Position numbers and translations under genes: made by a program | NCBI RefSeq assembly: GCF_004010195.1 | Contig: NC_057718.1 | Location: forward strand, 104,100,342 to 104,164,341 | Direction of reading: 5' to 3' | Source of the DNA: Chiloscyllium plagiosum | Taxonomy: Eukaryota | Length of the DNA stretch: 64,000 bases | The notes under the pieces: generated by a model | What the model was told of the DNA's origin: nothing | Database searches by the model: none | What the model saw: the letters and a program-made list of their open reading frames with translations, nothing else | In this document: one piece after another, positions 61,808-64,000 of the stretch | Layout: every line of letters starts with the position of its first letter | How positions within the stretch are numbered: the first letter of the stretch is position 1

Positions 61808-62067
61808 GTGATGCAATGATAATGTCCCTACCCTTAGACCTGGAGGCCCAGGTTCAAGTCCTATCTACTGCAAAGGTGTGCAATAACATTGCTGAATGGG
61901 TTGATTAGGAAAATAAGTTAAATGTTTAAAATAACTTTAATCCACAGATAGGTTGTGGTGGTGCAATGGTTGTGCCCATACCCCTGGACCAGGACACCCA
62001 GGTTCAGGTTCCACCTTCTCCAGAGCTATGTAATAATAACATCTCTGAACAAGTTGATTAAAAGATA
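61808..62067 (+). mobile_element. Two tandem copies of a ~110-bp tRNA-like short element (also 59940-60042 and 53000-53330)
   Basis: A-box-like GTGGTGCAATGGT, B-box-like GGTTCAAGTCC, shared tail AATAACATCTCTGAACAAGTTGATTA. Confidence 0.65.
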
Positions 62068-62106
62068 CTTATTTACAAAAGTCAAAAATTTGGATTCAAA
62101 GACATT

Positions 62107-62475
62107 TAGAGTCATACAGTTGTACAGTATGGAACCAGACCTTTCAGTCCAACTCGTCCATGCCGACCCCTAAATTAACCTTGTCCCATTTGCCAGCACT
62201 CGGCCCATATCCCTCTAAACCCTTCCTATTCGGATACCCATCCAGAGTCCTTTTAAATGTTGTAATTGTAACAGCCTCCACCACTTCCTCTGGCAGCTCA
62301 TTCCATACACGTACCACCCTCTGCATGGAAAAAGTTGCCCCTTAGGTCCCTTTTAAATTTTTCCCCTTAAATCTATGCCCCTCTAATTCTGGACTCCCTT
62401 ACCACAGAAAAAAAAAAGACCTTCTCTATTTACCCTGTCCATGCCCCTCATGATTTTATAAACCTCTGTAAGGTT
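62107..62475 (-). mobile_element. CR1 3' end
   Basis: QRVVRVWNELPEEVVEA..KGLEGYGPSAGKWD. Confidence 0.9.
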
Positions 62476-63189
62476 AAATTCTCACTGACTAGAGTTCTCT
62501 TCGAGGGGTGTTTGGTAGTCTGCAGATCTCTGACAGAGCCAGGATCAGCAAGGGTAGTGAGAAATGTGGAGTTGGCTCCTAACGTGGGAAGTCGCAGCAG
62601 AGTGGTATCTGACTGCAATTGCCTCTTCCTGAGGCTATCTGATTTAATTTCCCATCTCCTGCTTGTGGTTTCACTTGTGGCCCCAGTGTGTGGTAGCTGC
62701 CTGACTGAGGACTGGTCTCACAAACACAGAAAGCTTTTTACATGGCTATTAGTCTTTATGCGCACTTATGCTAATTTTCTGCTCATGATTTTTATGAGGC
62801 AAAAGAAGATTTTTTTTCAGTCTCTACTACCAGTGTGTGCATTAAGCACTCCCAGGTCAGATGTAACATGCATTAGATGAAGGATAAAGCTTCTTCTGCA
62901 GAGTTCCAACAATATGCCTTAACCCCCCCCCCTCAACTCAGAGGATCATCCCTTACCACATCAATGTGACATTTCCAGCTCCTCACAGCACACATCCATA
63001 GCTCCTTTCTGAGGCAAACCTCCAATGTAGCACTAATTAGAGCTGAGTTATGGGCAGTTTTGTGCTGTGGTTCCATACCCACTAGAATCTTAACTGATAT
63101 GGCTCAATTAGATTGCACTTAGTGCAAGAACAGACACCAGTGGCACAATCATTTCACTCCAGCTCTTTAATCTGAGTTCCAGAATCATC

Positions 63190-64000
63190 ATGTCTGTGTG
63201 CATATTACACAGAAATGTACACACCCACAGATGCACACCCAGATACATGCATACTCACATACACCCAGACATACACCCACACAGATACATTCACACACCC
63301 ATAGATACACATCCACACACAGACAGATTATGTGGCTTTAAGAGTTGTATTTCATCCTGTTTTTTTTATGAAGAAAGGTTGACACAGAGATCATAGAGCG
63401 ATCTGCTCAAAGCCAATAAAATAAACAGCTTGTGATGCCTTGGGTTTTTTTAAAAATTTGGAACAATAGAAGCAGTCTGAATGGGTGGGGTCAAGCTCCC
63501 AGAGAACCAGGATGTTTAGTTTTGGCTTTCTGCAATTGCTGGGGTCTTGAAGCTGGTTGTGGAAGCTCTTATTCCTCTCTGTTACAGCTAAAAGCTGGGG
63601 TTCTCTTCCTGCTGCTAGAATTGCATGTGAGACATCTATCTTACTGAATTCACCTTTGCCAAGGGTGTGTTTATGGGATGTTAATATATTGGAACAGTTA
63701 CTGTTTTGGAGTCAAATAATCTATTATTGTGTAAATTTTCCAATTGCGTTAAGTTATTCTAATTCTTTCTGGTAGTTTGACCAATCAGAATGCAACGTTT
63801 GGAACTTGCCTTTAAAATAAGTAAAAAGTTTCATGTCTAGGCTATCTCCCTGACATGGTTTGAGGGGTTTGCTCTGGTCTATAACAATACCCACACACAT
63901 ATTTCCATATCCAGAGACTCATACCCAGACACACATACAAGCATACACCCATAGACACACACCCAGGTACACACCCACACGCATATACTCATACATCTGT
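63190..64000. repeat. CA-rich simple repeat split by a ~560-bp insertion (63328-63886, possible solo LTR)
   Basis: ACACCCA(C/G)A units at 63215-63325 resume at 63887; insert ends ..CTATAACA. Confidence 0.6.

Overview
This is repeat-dense vertebrate genomic DNA, almost certainly from a shark or other elasmobranch. The evidence is HE1-type V-SINEs and HER1/CR1 LINEs. I could not identify a convincing host exon, so the window is probably intergenic or intronic. Contents: many decayed CR1 LINE fragments; a second CR1/L2-group LINE family with a partner SINE; about 11 HE1 V-SINEs; and one Gmr1-type Ty3/Gypsy LTR retrotransposon (17448-22465) with gag-PR-IN-RT-RH order, a 4-bp TSD and an unusually long tRNA-Pro primer-binding complement. 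There is also a Penelope-like element (PLE) RT spanning an assembly gap, several minisatellites (one telomere-like) and a few repeat-free islands that may be regulatory. The most striking feature is a set of tiny (100-370 bp), TSD-flanked, mostly palindromic insertions. They are built almost entirely from PLE termini and carry minimal type I hammerhead ribozyme motifs of three distinct sequence families. Coordinates of decayed repeats are approximate. All family names come from motif recognition, not database searches.
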